Below are positions 25,486-37,899 of a stretch of DNA of 64,000 nt, piece by piece. The stretch is from the NCBI GenBank assembly GCA_001179505.1, contig CDMY01000309.1:1-64000 (forward strand), written 5' to 3'. The DNA is from Vitrella brassicaformis CCMP3155. Its lineage: Eukaryota > Protista > Chromerida. A program made the position numbers and the translations under genes. How positions within the stretch are numbered: position 1 is the stretch's first letter; each line of letters begins with the position of its first letter. The notes under the pieces are model-generated. The model did no database searches. It was not told where the DNA came from and saw only the letters and a list, made by a program, of their open reading frames with translations.

Positions 25486-27246
25486 ATGAAGCTCATTCCC
25501 CTCCTCTGCGCCGCCCTCCTCTCCTCGGCGGCCCTGCACTCTGTCCACTGCGCACCGAAGCCACCACCCAGGTCCGTGTCGGTGAGGCGGTCGTCCCCCG
25601 GCTCCCCCGGCTCGCCCGGCGGCGGCATCCCATTCATCAGCCGCTTCAGGAGCAATGACAAAGGGAACGATGACTCGATGGACTCACTCGGCAATGAGCT
25701 GCCGCTGGACGTTGAGTGCGAGGACGACTCGGACGACTGTGACGACCTGTGCGCGACCGACAGAGGGCAGACCGCCAAGGCCGCCCTCCAGACCTTGCGA
25801 GCGGCGACCAATCTCGGCTTGATGGGAGCCGCGTACGCTGGTCTGGTCAAGGCGGCCGACCAGCTGGACATGCGAGAGCCGCTGCTGTACCTGGTGCTGC
25901 TGAGCCACCTGAGCTGTCTAGGCGCCTTCCAGAGCTTCCTCTATGCGGTGAGCTACGGCTACGGCCTGTCCCTGCTGTCGGCGGGGGCGTACGCGGCCGC
26001 CAACCAGCTGCTGGGCGACGCCAAGGCGGAGCTCTCCAAGTCGGGGGCGCTGCACTCGGCCATCTACGCCGCGTACGGGCTGCGGATGATATCCTTCATC
26101 TGGGCGCGCAACACGAGCACGTCCTACAGGAGGAAGCTGAGAGAGATCTACCATGCCGACAAGAAGATCTCACTCTGGGGCAAATTCATGTGCTGGTAGG
26201 GACACCACAGCACACCAGAGAGGGGGGGAGGGAGGGGGGGAGGGGGAGGGGGGCAAACAGCTGTGTGATTTGCTGTGGCCTGTTGGTCTGCAGGACGTTT
26301 GTGTCGCTGCTGATGACGGCGTACGGGCTGCCCGTGTACTTCAACAACATGATGGGGCCTCGCGAGCTCGCCCCTGTCGAGAAGGCCGGCCACATCCTCG
26401 CCGCCAGTGGGCTGCTTGTGGAGGCCGTGGCGGACGTGCAGAAGGCCAAAGCAAAGGCCACCCATGCCAACGCGCCAATCACTTCAGGACTCTTCAGGTA
26501 CACACACACACTTCTCCTTGTTGATCCGCTTATCTGTGTGTGAATGGTGTGGTGTGGTGTCAACAAGGGTGGTTCGGCACCCGAACTACCTGGGCGAGAT
26601 CATGTTTCACGCGGGCGTGTTCCTTGGGGGGTGGGAGGCGTATGACACGCCTCTCAAGAGGAGCCTGGCGCTGGTGGGGCCAGCTCTCATGAGTGCCGTC
26701 ATGGTGGAGCAGACAGCTTTGCTGTCCAAGAAGCAGCTGCAGAAATACGGGAGGACGCCCAGATACAGAAGATACCTCATGGTATGGATGGCCACATTGC
26801 AGACACACAGACAAGGAGAGGGGTGTAGAGGGAGGGGGATGCACCACGTGTGTGTCATTGTGTGTGTTGTTCGTGTGTGTGTGTGTGTGTCTGTGTGGGC
26901 AGAACACCCCTGCGCTGCTGCCCCTGCCACTGGTCGCGACCATCTTCAGACTCCTACGTAGGTGGTTTCCCTCCCCACAGATGACCCCCCCCATCCCCAC
27001 CTTCTCTCTGTCTCCCTCTCTGTTCTGCTTCTTGCAGGCATCAACGAGACGGCCCTATGGTGGGCCGCATGGCTGGTGGGGGGCGGTGCCGTCCTCTACG
27101 ACGCCTACAAGGAGGGCGGGGGGCCGCCCAAGTCCCCCAGCGTCAAGGTCGTCAAGAACAGCCCATCAGCGGCCACCATGGGAGGCCGCACACGACGCAC
27201 CGGCGGCAACACATCGTCCGTCAAGAAGGTGCCGCGGACAAGATAG
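25486..27246 (+). CDS. DUF1295 (steroid-5-alpha-reductase-like) membrane protein
   Basis: Signal-like N-terminus, AVSYGYGLSL, YGLRMISFIWAR, GLLVEAVADVQK, ITSGLF|RHPNYLGEIMFH and several TM helices. Confidence 0.8.
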
Positions 27247-28377
27247 ACAGACAGACCGATAGACGACGGGCGGGGCAGGGTTGTTTTCGTTCTTTCTTTT
27301 CATATTTCCGGCATTGCTGCTGCTGCTGCTGCTGCCGCTCTTCCTGCCGGCTTGTTGGCTGGCTGACCGGATGGATGGATGGATGTCACATGAGGATGGA
27401 GGGGAGAGAGAGGAAGGGTGGGGGGTAAGAGCAACGCCTGTACAGCACGTAGAGAGAACTGTGTGTAGGGCAGGGGAGGGGACTGACTCCTCTGCACACA
27501 CAAGACTAACCAACGTATCCATAAGCTAGCTAGTGGGGCTGAAGGGGGGGGGGGATGCCATCAATGGTCCTTTCCTCACCAGGGAGGGGGGTGCGTGGTG
27601 CGTGCGTGTGTGTGTGTGTCATCCGTTCCTTCCTTCGTGAGCGGCCTGTCTGTGCAGAAACCAAGATCTATCTATCTCATGATCATTTTTCTTTCTTCTC
27701 TTGCATCGTGTACGCGAGTACGGGGAAGATGGTCCGTCAATTCATGTGCTGGTTGGCTAGTTGGTGGCGTGATTTGTGTACAGGCAGGCAGGCCCGGACC
27801 CACCTAGTGACGACATACAGATGGATGGATGGATGGATGGACGGCAGATTGGTTCCTTCATTCCTCTGACATACCGACGCCGTACATGCTGCTTGTAATG
27901 GCTGTGTTCGTTCGTTCATCATCCCGTTCATCGCTCCATCCTTCATATCATTCAGCGTGTGCGACAGACAGACCTCTTCCTTGCTATCATTCAGTGACGG
28001 TCCTAGCCCTATATACAATCGGTATATATAGCGACAACATGTCAGTCCCCTATGAAGGCCCCTACACCCGCCACGCCACGCCGCGCCACCCAGTCAATCG
28101 GTCAGTCAGTATCAAATATCAAAACCCATGCAGGCTATGTCTCTCCCTCTCTCTCTTCCCCCCCCTCCCCTCCCTCTGCCATGTGATGTGATGGAATGGA
28201 ATGGTGTCTGTCTGTCAATGGGGTGATGCGATGGGTCCACTGACTGACTGACGTCTGACAGAGCCAACCAACCAACAAGACAACACAACATGTTGAGCAC
28301 TGACCTTACCCCCACCTGCTCACTCATTTACTTACTGTATCAGCTGTTGTATTGGTCTTGTGTGAGTATGTGTGTGT

Positions 28378-29423
28378 TCACAGGAACCACAGCGACTTGG
28401 ACAGGGCCTCCGAGGGGGCCTTGTTGTCCAGAATCTCCGACACCTTGCGAGCACACCTGACACACACACACACACAATGAGCCATCCATCCCTCTCTCTC
28501 TCTCTCCGCCTACACTTCAGCATATTTGACGACGGATGGGACACGGATGGGCCCTCCCCAGTTCTGGTACAACATGGAGAGCTGCATCGTCATGGTGTAG
28601 AGGCTGTCGGTCGAGAAACCTGCCGGAAGGAAGCAAACCAAAGCAAAGCAGCCCAGCCACACATTCACGTCACGCACTTGGCTGGTTCGTGTAGCACGTG
28701 GGGTGCTGTGCGTGTCCGGGCCGGGCTGGGCTTACTCCAGTTGTCGCTGAGTGCCATGACCTCATACTTGGTCGGCGTCACAGTGCCTGCACATTGGTAA
28801 GCAACACAACACAACACAACAAAGCCACGGACGGTCTGCCGGTCGGCACGCCCCTCTCTCTCTCTCTCTCTCTGTCTGTCCGTGTGTGTTTGTGTGGTGA
28901 GGTGCCCTGCGTGACGGCCTGGTGGCAGCAGAAGAATACGAAGCGGTCGTCCTCAGTCACACCTGACAACACACACACACACATGACATGACATGCAACA
29001 AGTGTCTGTCGCTGACCTTGGTCGAACAGAGTGAGCGGCGGCGGGTTGCCGAGGCCGCCGCCCCCGTCCCGGCCGCCCCCACGCCCGCCAGGGCCGCCAC
29101 CACGGCCGCCACGACCGGGGGGCCCGCCGCCGCCACGACCTCCTCCTCCACCAGATATGGCAAAACTGACACACACACGACACGGATACACACAGACGAG
29201 TAGGTGCGTTCAAGGCCGGGGCTTGGGTTTGGTCTGTTGTGGATTGGATTGTGCCGACATACCGCTGGTTGATGTTTTTTTTGACTGTGATGTAGGCGAC
29301 TTCGGGGCTGAGGTCAGCACTGACCTGCTTGAGCCCTCGTAGATGCTCGGCACCTCGGCCTCGAGCGCCGCGGCCTTCTGGCCGTCACCCAGACCACAAC
29401 TGATCGGTGCACACACACAGATA

Positions 29424-29458
<35 letters not shown>

Positions 29459-31265
29459 GGCGTCCAATCAGCCACACGGAGCGAGAGAGAGAGAGAGATG
29501 TACCGGTAGATGATGATACGCGTCGGGGGTCGTCCGAGGTTCTGCGCGAAGGCGAATGCAGCGTCTGCACCAGGGTCAGGCAGGCAGGCCCCCCCCCGAC
29601 ACACCCACACACACACCATGCCATGCAGCCACACACGGCCTTTGTAGGTGTGGTAGGTACCTTTGATAAATGTGCCGATTCCAGTGATGATCTCGGTCTC
29701 GATGCCGTCCTTGATGTTGGTGCGCGTGTAGTGCTCGAGAAACAGCCGGTCCTGCGTCGCCGCGCACACGAACACCGTCTTGCCTGACACACACACACAC
29801 ACACACACATGACCATGGCCATGTGTGTGTGTGTGTGTGTGCGGTAGCTATACCCTTGGCCTTCTTGGCATCGACACCGACAACCATCACAGGCTACACG
29901 CACACACACAAAGGCAGGCCCCCACCCCAGCAATGGCTCGACAGGTGAATGGTGTGTGTCAGCCGCCCGCCCGACCTTGTCATGCAGACGCTTGACATTC
30001 AGAGCCCACGCAGCGCCACCCATCTGCACACACACACACATGGATGGATGGATGGATGGATGGCGCAAGGGCAAGGGCGTGTGTGTGCCTTGTGTGTGTG
30101 GCCGCCCACCTTGACGTTCATCTGTGCGATGAGTTTGACTACGGCCGAGCCCCACTTGCGCTCATCGTTGATCGTCTTGGACTGCACAAACTGCACACAC
30201 ACCACAGCCACCACAGCATTCAAAGCAACAACAAATATGTGTGTGTCATGTGTGTGCCTGTCTGTCTCTGTGTGTGCCCGAGAAGTGTGTGTATGTGTGT
30301 GTGTGTGTGTGTGTGGCGAGGTATCCCAACCTGAGAAGCTACGGGGGTGAGGTCGTTGCTGTGGACGGAGAGCCGCTCCTTCATCTTGCTGTACACCCTG
30401 GACGCCACGTCAGGCTTGCTGCGTCACACACACGCACTCCCTCACTCTCTCTCTCTCTCTCTGTGTGTGTGTCTCCCCCCCCTCTCTCTACGTCTGTCTG
30501 TGTGAGGGAGTGGTGGGTGGTTGTTTGTTTACCCTGGTAGGATGACACAGACGATGACACTGTTGCCGTTCTCTTTCGCACCACGCTGCTGCTGCTCGAT
30601 CATGCCGTTGAGGTACTTCCAGAAGCCGCCCTCCTCCAGAGCGCCACGCCAGCCGCCCTTGTCCTTGGGGATACCTGATGCCATGCACACATAAGATAGA
30701 TAGGTGGCGTCCGTCGTCGTCTCTCTGTGTCTGGTCGTTCGTTGCGTGTGCGTGTCGTGGTGCGGTGTGGGTGGGGTGGGTGTAGGTACCGAGATATGCA
30801 GGCTCAGCGATGGGCATGCCGAACTCTGGGCAAGGCAGGGAAGGGCACAGACACACGACGTACACACATCATGATGTCGATCCATCCATTTGGGCGGTGT
30901 GTTTGTGTGTGTGTGTGTGTGTGTGTACTTTGGCAGGTGCTTCGGAGGCTGTCGAGGAGTTTGTAGGAGTCCTGCCCGCTCGTCGCCTCGTCATACACCA
31001 TGATCCAGTTCGTCAGCCCAACCTACACACACACATAAACACCAAGTGGGTGTGTGTATGTGTGTTTTCCCTCCCAGGTGCACCGGACCGGTTTGACGAG
31101 CGAGTCGACGTTGAAGTTGGCGTTGTCTGGCTTGAGTGTCTTGCCGCGCAGGTTGGGGTCGCTCTTGGTCGGCCTCTCCTTCCCCAGGGGCTCGAACTCA
31201 TTGGGACGGGTGTAGAAGTTGAAGTTCGTCGCACCGTCCCCAATGGCCAACTGACGGCCTAAACA

Positions 31266-31299
<34 letters not shown>

Positions 31300-34040
31300 A
31301 ACGAGAGAGGGAGGGTGGGAGGGGGACAAACAGTGTGGCTGTGCTCTGTGTGTGGGTCGTCGGCTTACCGCTGACTACTTTGCGGTCGTTGCTGATACTG
31401 ATGCCGTACTTGGCCAACACCTCTGCACACACACACACACCGACAGAGCCACACACACCGACAGAGCCACACACACACCACACAGCATAGCACAGCACAG
31501 ATGAATGGATGGAGGCACCGCAGCATCCCCCACCCTCCCAGCCACCCACCTTTTGCGTCTCTGTTGTTCTGCAGTATGTGTGCCAGTTGCTGGCTCTTGT
31601 CGAGGCGCTCGCCGGGCAGCATGCGGCAGTGGCGGCCCACCTCGTTGTTCAGGCGGAAGTCGCTGCGGATCGACTCGTCCAAACCTGCACACAACACAAG
31701 GTGTGCAGGGGTGCATTGAAGGGGTGAGTGAGTGATGTGATGTCATGTGGTGATGCGGTATCATGCTGGTTGGTGCCGGTGGCGGGCTCCACTCTACCTG
31801 TGAGCGTGACGGCCTGTGAGGGGAGATGGAAGGTGCGGATGACCTGCCACTCGCCGTCGATTTTCTTCTTCTTGCTCGACACCACTGCACACACACATCC
31901 ACACACTCTCTCCCTCCCTCCCTCCATCCCTCCCTCCCTGTGTCTGCACGTGTGTGTGGTGCGATGTGTTGGTGGCTGGCTGGTCGCCCGCCTGCCTGCC
32001 CACCCATTGGCTGGCCCGGTGTGAGTTGGATGCCGTAGGTCTGCGAGAAGTAGTCGCCTATCGTCCAGGTCTTGCCGCTGCGGTCGGTGAAGGTGCTCTT
32101 GGGCGACATGTCGTAGTCAATCTATAGCACATAGGTACCATGCACACCCACACGCAGCCACCATACCATACACTCCTCTGGATGAATGGATGGGTGGGTG
32201 TTGGGGTAAGTAAGCAACCTTGTCGATGGCGTACAGCTTGCGCTCGCGGTTGTTAGCGGGACCGCTCGACTGCACAAACAGACAGACCAACACACACAAT
32301 CGCACGGGGTGCGGCGTGGCGTGTGTGTGGTGTGTACGTCCCCCCTACGTAGAGGGTGATGATGCGACGGCCGACAAACTCTTTGTTGATGTAGTCGCTG
32401 AGCCCCGATTTGGGGCCCTGCCAGCTGGACTGCACAGCAGGAAAAACAGGGAGGGCGAGAGGGAGAGAGGGAGGGAGGGAGGGAGGGAGCCAAATCGACA
32501 GTGGCTGTGGTTGTGGTTGCCAGTACGTGTGTGGGCATGTGGGGTGCGTGGGGTCACCGCTTTCTTCTTCAACGTTTCGAAGAGGTTCTCACTATGTAGA
32601 ATGCGATGCGTGCAGTCAATCTGCACACACACACACACACACACACGCACAGAGAGAGAGAGAGAGAGAGAGTTAGCATGACACCAGCCCAGCCCCACCC
32701 GACCCACCCCACCGCCCCAAGGGTACGTGCCTGGAAGTAGAGTTGGCCGCCGAGCTGGAGCATGCTTGTGAAGTAGCCCGGCAGCAACTGCACACACCAA
32801 CACACACACACGTTCGTTGGTCAAGTTGGCTGGTGGACTGTGGTGTGATGCCGAATTGGATGTATGTGTGTGGACCTGGAAGCGGTTGACGTTGATGACG
32901 GCGCCGCGGTGCTCAGAGTTCTGCTCCAACATCTCCGTGAGGAACGAGTGGCGCCCGATGGACTGGAGCTGCACACCACCACACACACATGAGGATGACA
33001 TTGGGTGCGTGAGGGTGGGCTGGGCTGGTTTGGGTGTGGCTACCTACGTGAAGGTGTCCCATGGCCTTTTTGATGGCGCAGCTGATGTACTGAACGTCCT
33101 CCTGGTCCAACTCGCCGCGCATCACCTTGTCCTGAGCTGCACACACCACACCACACCACACCACATCACAACACACCACAACACAGCACAGAACAGAAGA
33201 GGTAGTGGGTCCATGTCCGTGTTGCCCGCGTCATGTGTGTGGGTGTGGGGGTGTGTGGGTGTGCCGCCGCTCACTGAGGTCGAGGCGGTGTTTGCGCAGG
33301 AACACGATCTTCTGCCCCTGGGCGTCACCCTGCACCCACACACACCACAACACAATACAGCACACACAACACACAGTCCCACCAATCTGTGTGGCATGGT
33401 GCGGTGCAGTGCAGCGCAGCGCGGTACCGTGAGGCTGTCCACGGTCACACTGGCCGATGGTTTCGACGGATTCACTACGAACGTGTTCATGCCCTGCATA
33501 CAACACATCACCCCACACCACACCACACCACATCACACCACACCACACACAAGGGGCTCGTGCGGTGCGCATGCACGTGTGGTGGTGTTCACCTGGTAGA
33601 GTACCGCACTGCCCGCAGCGCCACCCAACGCCTCCAGTATCTGCCACCACGTGCGCACACCGCCAGCGACACAACCGATGCAAATCCGCCCCATCCCCCA
33701 TCCGCCAGCCATCCTGCCTTCGCATGCGCCCTCTCCCCGCCTCCCCGCACCTCCCTCACACCCTGACCTGGCTCCCACCCTCTCTCTCTCCCGCCCTGCG
33801 CGCGCCTAACTCCCGGTGTGTGGGCATCTGGCCTCACCTGCTGCTCGTTGTGATAGATGAGCTTGCGCTGGCCGCCCACATTCTCGACGTCGGGGTCGAA
33901 CTGCGTGGAATAGACCTGGACGGTGAGGCCTGGGGCAAGCCCGCACGGGAGAAGGTTCGTCTGGGCGGAAACCTCTGCGCCGAGGCTGGCGAAGGCGCCG
34001 TTCGGGCGACGCACCGCAGGCTCTGACCGCTCATCGCTGC
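28378..34040 (-). CDS. AGO: Argonaute-family protein, Piwi-like (N, PAZ, MID, PIWI), about 28-30 exons; start codon unresolved
   Basis: SLGAEVSAQTNL (N motif), TIGDYFSQTYGIQLTPGQPM (PAZ), VYSKMK...SQV...AQMNVKVGG (MID), VVGVDA, IIIYRCGLGDGQ, NPPPLTLFDQ, HQAVTQGTVTPTKY, YQNWGGPIRVPSVVKYA and LSKSLWFL*. Confidence 0.92.
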
Positions 34041-34327
34041 CTGCCGCCACAAACGACAAAAACGCCAAAGGACGATCTGCGAGCTGCGGGCTTGGAGCTG
34101 CAATGGGGCTTGTAAATAGACCTCCTACCAACCATTCAGAAGCGTCGGTGATGCATCTTGCGTCACATATATGGGACAGACGAACAGGCACTCTGAGTGC
34201 CTGCAGAGACTCACTCACTCGTGGTATTTATGTAAGCCGCAGCCAGCAAAGGTACCGGACTCCTATGTACACACCGCCACGCCCATCTATCTAATATCCC
34301 CTCTAGACAGACACCGGGCCGCATCAC

Positions 34328-37300
34328 TCACGCCACCATCTGTCTGCCCCACGGCCCCCCCTCTCCCCCGCTCTCGATAGACATCCTGTCGCTGAACCGA
34401 CCGACACTGCCTCGCATCACGGTGCCCTGGGCATCCGACGAAGGACCCTCCTCTCCCTGCCGCTCTGGCGACGGCTCCCTCTCCCCTGCGCCCTTGTCGC
34501 TGTCGATCTGGAGGGCCCATCCGTGGTGCAGGGGGGTGTCTGGTGGGAGGGTTGGCAGCGTCACCTCGAGCAGGTTGATGGGTGTCCCGTCGCGAGAGAA
34601 GGACGACAGCCGGTGGGTCACGCTGCCCGAGTGACCCAGGAGGCTCACGCTTGACACATCCATGCCAACCTGACGCGACACAGACACAGACAGACAGACA
34701 CGGACATACACGACACGTGTTCCCATATCGCTCTTTGTCGCTCACGCACTTGTGGGGGTGCCTGCAATCGCAGCACTGGCGGCACATCAGTGGGCCATGC
34801 GAAGAAGATGGCATAGATGCGCGTCGGGAGGTCGCTCTTGGGCACCTGCGGAGGGGCCATGGGGGACGGCGGGCTGCTGCTGCTGGGGGTGGGTGTGGGG
34901 GGGCTGGACTGCTGCTGCTGCTGCGGCAGCGGCGGCTGCTGATGGGGTAGTGGGCATTTCGTGCGTGATGTGTAGAAGACGTCTGTCGTGAAGTTGTCCG
35001 TCTGGATCAGCCAGGGGTAGGTGCCGTAGATGGCCTCGCCGTTGAGACTCTGCACACACGCAAGAGGGAGGCACATCGACGTGCCCGCGCCTGTCTGTCT
35101 GTCTGTGTGGGTGTGCGCGTATGTTGTGTGGCTCACTCACGAGCCAGTGTCCCATCTCGAGCAGCCGTTGCTGAAAGTAGAAGTCGATTCGGCCGTCGGC
35201 TGTTGGGCCGATGTTGAGCAGCAGGTTGCCGCCATACGCCACGGTCGACGCCAGCTTGTAGATCAACTCTGGTCGGTCGACAGATACACAACAAACAGAC
35301 ATGCAGTGGGAGGGAGGGGATTGGGTGATGATGCAGAGTGCGCCAGGTTCCATCCACCGAACCACATGCACTAATGTGTGTCGACACACCCTGTCTGTTG
35401 ACTTGCCTTTAGTAGTGAGGAGGTCTTCCATTTTCGCTTCTCGTCTGTACCCCCAGCTGTTCTTGTCGAGCGTCATCGCATTCTCCCCTGCAGCGCAGCA
35501 GAGACCAATCCACCCACCCCACACATCCCTCCAGTGATGGGATGGCTGTGTCACGTCACGTGCCAGCCAGTGTCACTCACGTACATTTGTGGTCGATGAC
35601 GTGTCCGGGGTGGAACTTGTCGCTGCCCGTGTAGAAGCCGCCATGCCGATTGGTGGTGTCCGACGACCACCTGACCATGTCAGCACACAACACACACACA
35701 GATGGATGGATGGATGGATGGATGTGGAGTGAGGCGTGAATCGCCGGTTTGTTTGGTGGATGTGGTTCTTCATTCACCTGTCATTGATGACGACCTCTTC
35801 CCGGACGGGCGACTCATTGTACAGCCACGCCACGAACTCACAGTTGCCCCAATACTCCTCAGGCGCCTCCCACTGACCGTCGCCCCACACTATGTGCGGC
35901 CTGAACAAACCAACCAACCAACCAACCACCACACTCAACTGCACAGGTACTGCCCCCGCGCGTCGGCATGTGCAGACGCACCTACCTGTATCTCTTGACC
36001 AGGTCATAGAGCTGTGGGTGACTGACGTCCCGTGGGTAGTCGCGTGTGGCCTTGAAGGCCCCTGCCTTGTCGCCCATGTAGAGGGGATTGAACCACTCGA
36101 GATGCGAGAAGTACAGACCGAAACGAAGACTCGTTCTGAGGGCACACAACACAGCGCACATCGACGCCATGGATGGATGCCCTGCTGGTATTGTGGTGGT
36201 GTGTGCGTGTGTGTGTGTGTGTACCTATTGCGCACTGCGTTCATCAGGTCTTTGACGAGATCCCGATGCGGCCCGACGTCGACCGAGTTCCAGTTCCACG
36301 ACTGAGCTGAGGGCCACAGCGTATAGCCTGGAGGAAAACCATCGCTCGTTATAGCTGCGTGTGTCTGTCTGTCTGTCTGTGTTGTGTGTCTCTATTCATT
36401 CACCTTCGTGGTGTTTGCTGGTCAGCACGACATACCTCGCCCCGCTCTTGGCCAAAAGGTCCGCCCAGCCATTGGCATCGAAGAACTCGGCACGGAACTG
36501 AGGCGCAAACTCGGCGTAGGTAAACCCTGCACACACAGAGAGAAAGGCATGATCAATGGGGGAACGGGTAAGGGAGTGATATGTGTGTGCTGCTCGGTCG
36601 GTCGGACCTGGCGGATAGTTCTTGGCCATGAAGTCTTTGACGGCCTCGTTGTTCTCGACCTTCCATCTGTGCCAGAACCACTCGGAGACGAATGCTGGCA
36701 CGCTGAAGACACCCTGCATATGTGATTGATGCAGACATCGATTGACACACGAGTCGCTGCTGCGTCCGTATCGTATGTGCAGATAGATCAGATTCTCGTT
36801 CACTCACTCCCCCACCCAGTGGATGAAGATGCCAAACTAGACCCACGCAGGCAGATAGAAACAGAAACAGGGCAGCACGGTCTGACTGAACCTTCGACAC
36901 TTCTTGCTCTGCTCTGCTTGCTCACCTTAGCTTCATCATACCTGCACAAACACACACACACACACACAAAGCACCAACAGTCAATCTGTCCCTGTGGCTG
37001 GCTGCCTGTCTGTCTGTCTGTCCGTCAGCTGTGCAGCGTTGTGGTGTGTTGTGTAGTGCTGACTGACTGACCACTGTGGGGGAGGTCGTTTGTCGAGGCT
37101 TTCCCAGCTTGGCTGGTAGCTGTAAGTCAGGTTCATGCTGGCGCTCGGGCTCATCCGCGACTCCATTTCGGCATCGTCACCGCCCGTCACGCCGCCTGGG
37201 GGATTGGCAGCCGTCGGGCCATGACCACTGGCGGCATTGCTGATAGATGGACAGCATGGGACGGACAGCAAAGTCACAGACAGAGAAAGCAATGACACAA

Positions 37301-37385
37301 GCAACAGGCTGCATGAGGGCAGCGGGTGAGGCAAGGCAAGGCAAGGAAGGCAAGGCAAGGAAGGCAAGCAATAGCGGGGCTGCAT
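34328..37385 (-). CDS. FUCA: Alpha-L-fucosidase, glycoside hydrolase family 29
   Basis: [57 protein letters not shown] (nucleophile Asp), [18 protein letters not shown] and [12 protein letters not shown], with a hydrophobic N-terminus. Confidence 0.93.
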
Positions 37386-37899
37386 GCCAAAGTGTCCGTG
37401 TGTGTGCGTGTGTGCGTGTGTGTGTATCGGTGCTCACCCGTTCATGGCCACTGCGTGTAGGTGGATGAATGTGGCCTCCGCCCGCAGCGCCTCCCAGATG
37501 AGTGAAGCAACACCCACTCAACCAATCAATGGGTTGGAGCAGCTTCTTTCGTCAAAACCATCCCTGCTCTCGGGCTTAGCTCGCAGGTCCCTGCGAGCTT
37601 AGCGCCGGGTTCAAAAAAAGAGGCGCAAAAGAAGAAGCATCTGAAGCATGGAGAAGCAGCATGAGAAGCAGGTTTGGCCGAAAGCAGTCATGCAGCATTA
37701 GATCTCTCCAGGTCAGGTCAGCGAAGCAACGTGACGACTCCCACGCAGATCTGTGTCGACTACAGTACTGCTGTGGGCAAGACACTCGCCATCCCATCAA
37801 GGTAACAAAGGACAAGACGACACACTCTGCTTAACTGTCTTCAAGTGCTTCGTTTTGTCTTGCTGTCTTCACTCAAACAACAGACAGGCGTGAAACATC
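37386..37899. promoter_or_regulatory. Bidirectional promoter fucosidase/RRM1 with an inverted motif pair
   Basis: AGCTCGCA-ggtccc-TGCGAGCTT at 37578-37600. Confidence 0.55.

Noticed and set aside
31439-31474. 18-bp tandem repeat and pervasive (CA)n/(GACA)n/(GGAT)n arrays; CRISPR-like arrays
   Set aside because: These are ordinary intronic microsatellite slippage for this genome type. No repeat-spacer array or cas gene was seen.
34020-34218. Second Argonaute frameshift at the out-of-frame ATG (34034)
   Set aside because: An upstream mini-exon (ATG GTT G|gtagg...ggcag|GC) or the in-frame ATG at 34218 can explain the start, so no lesion needs to be invoked.
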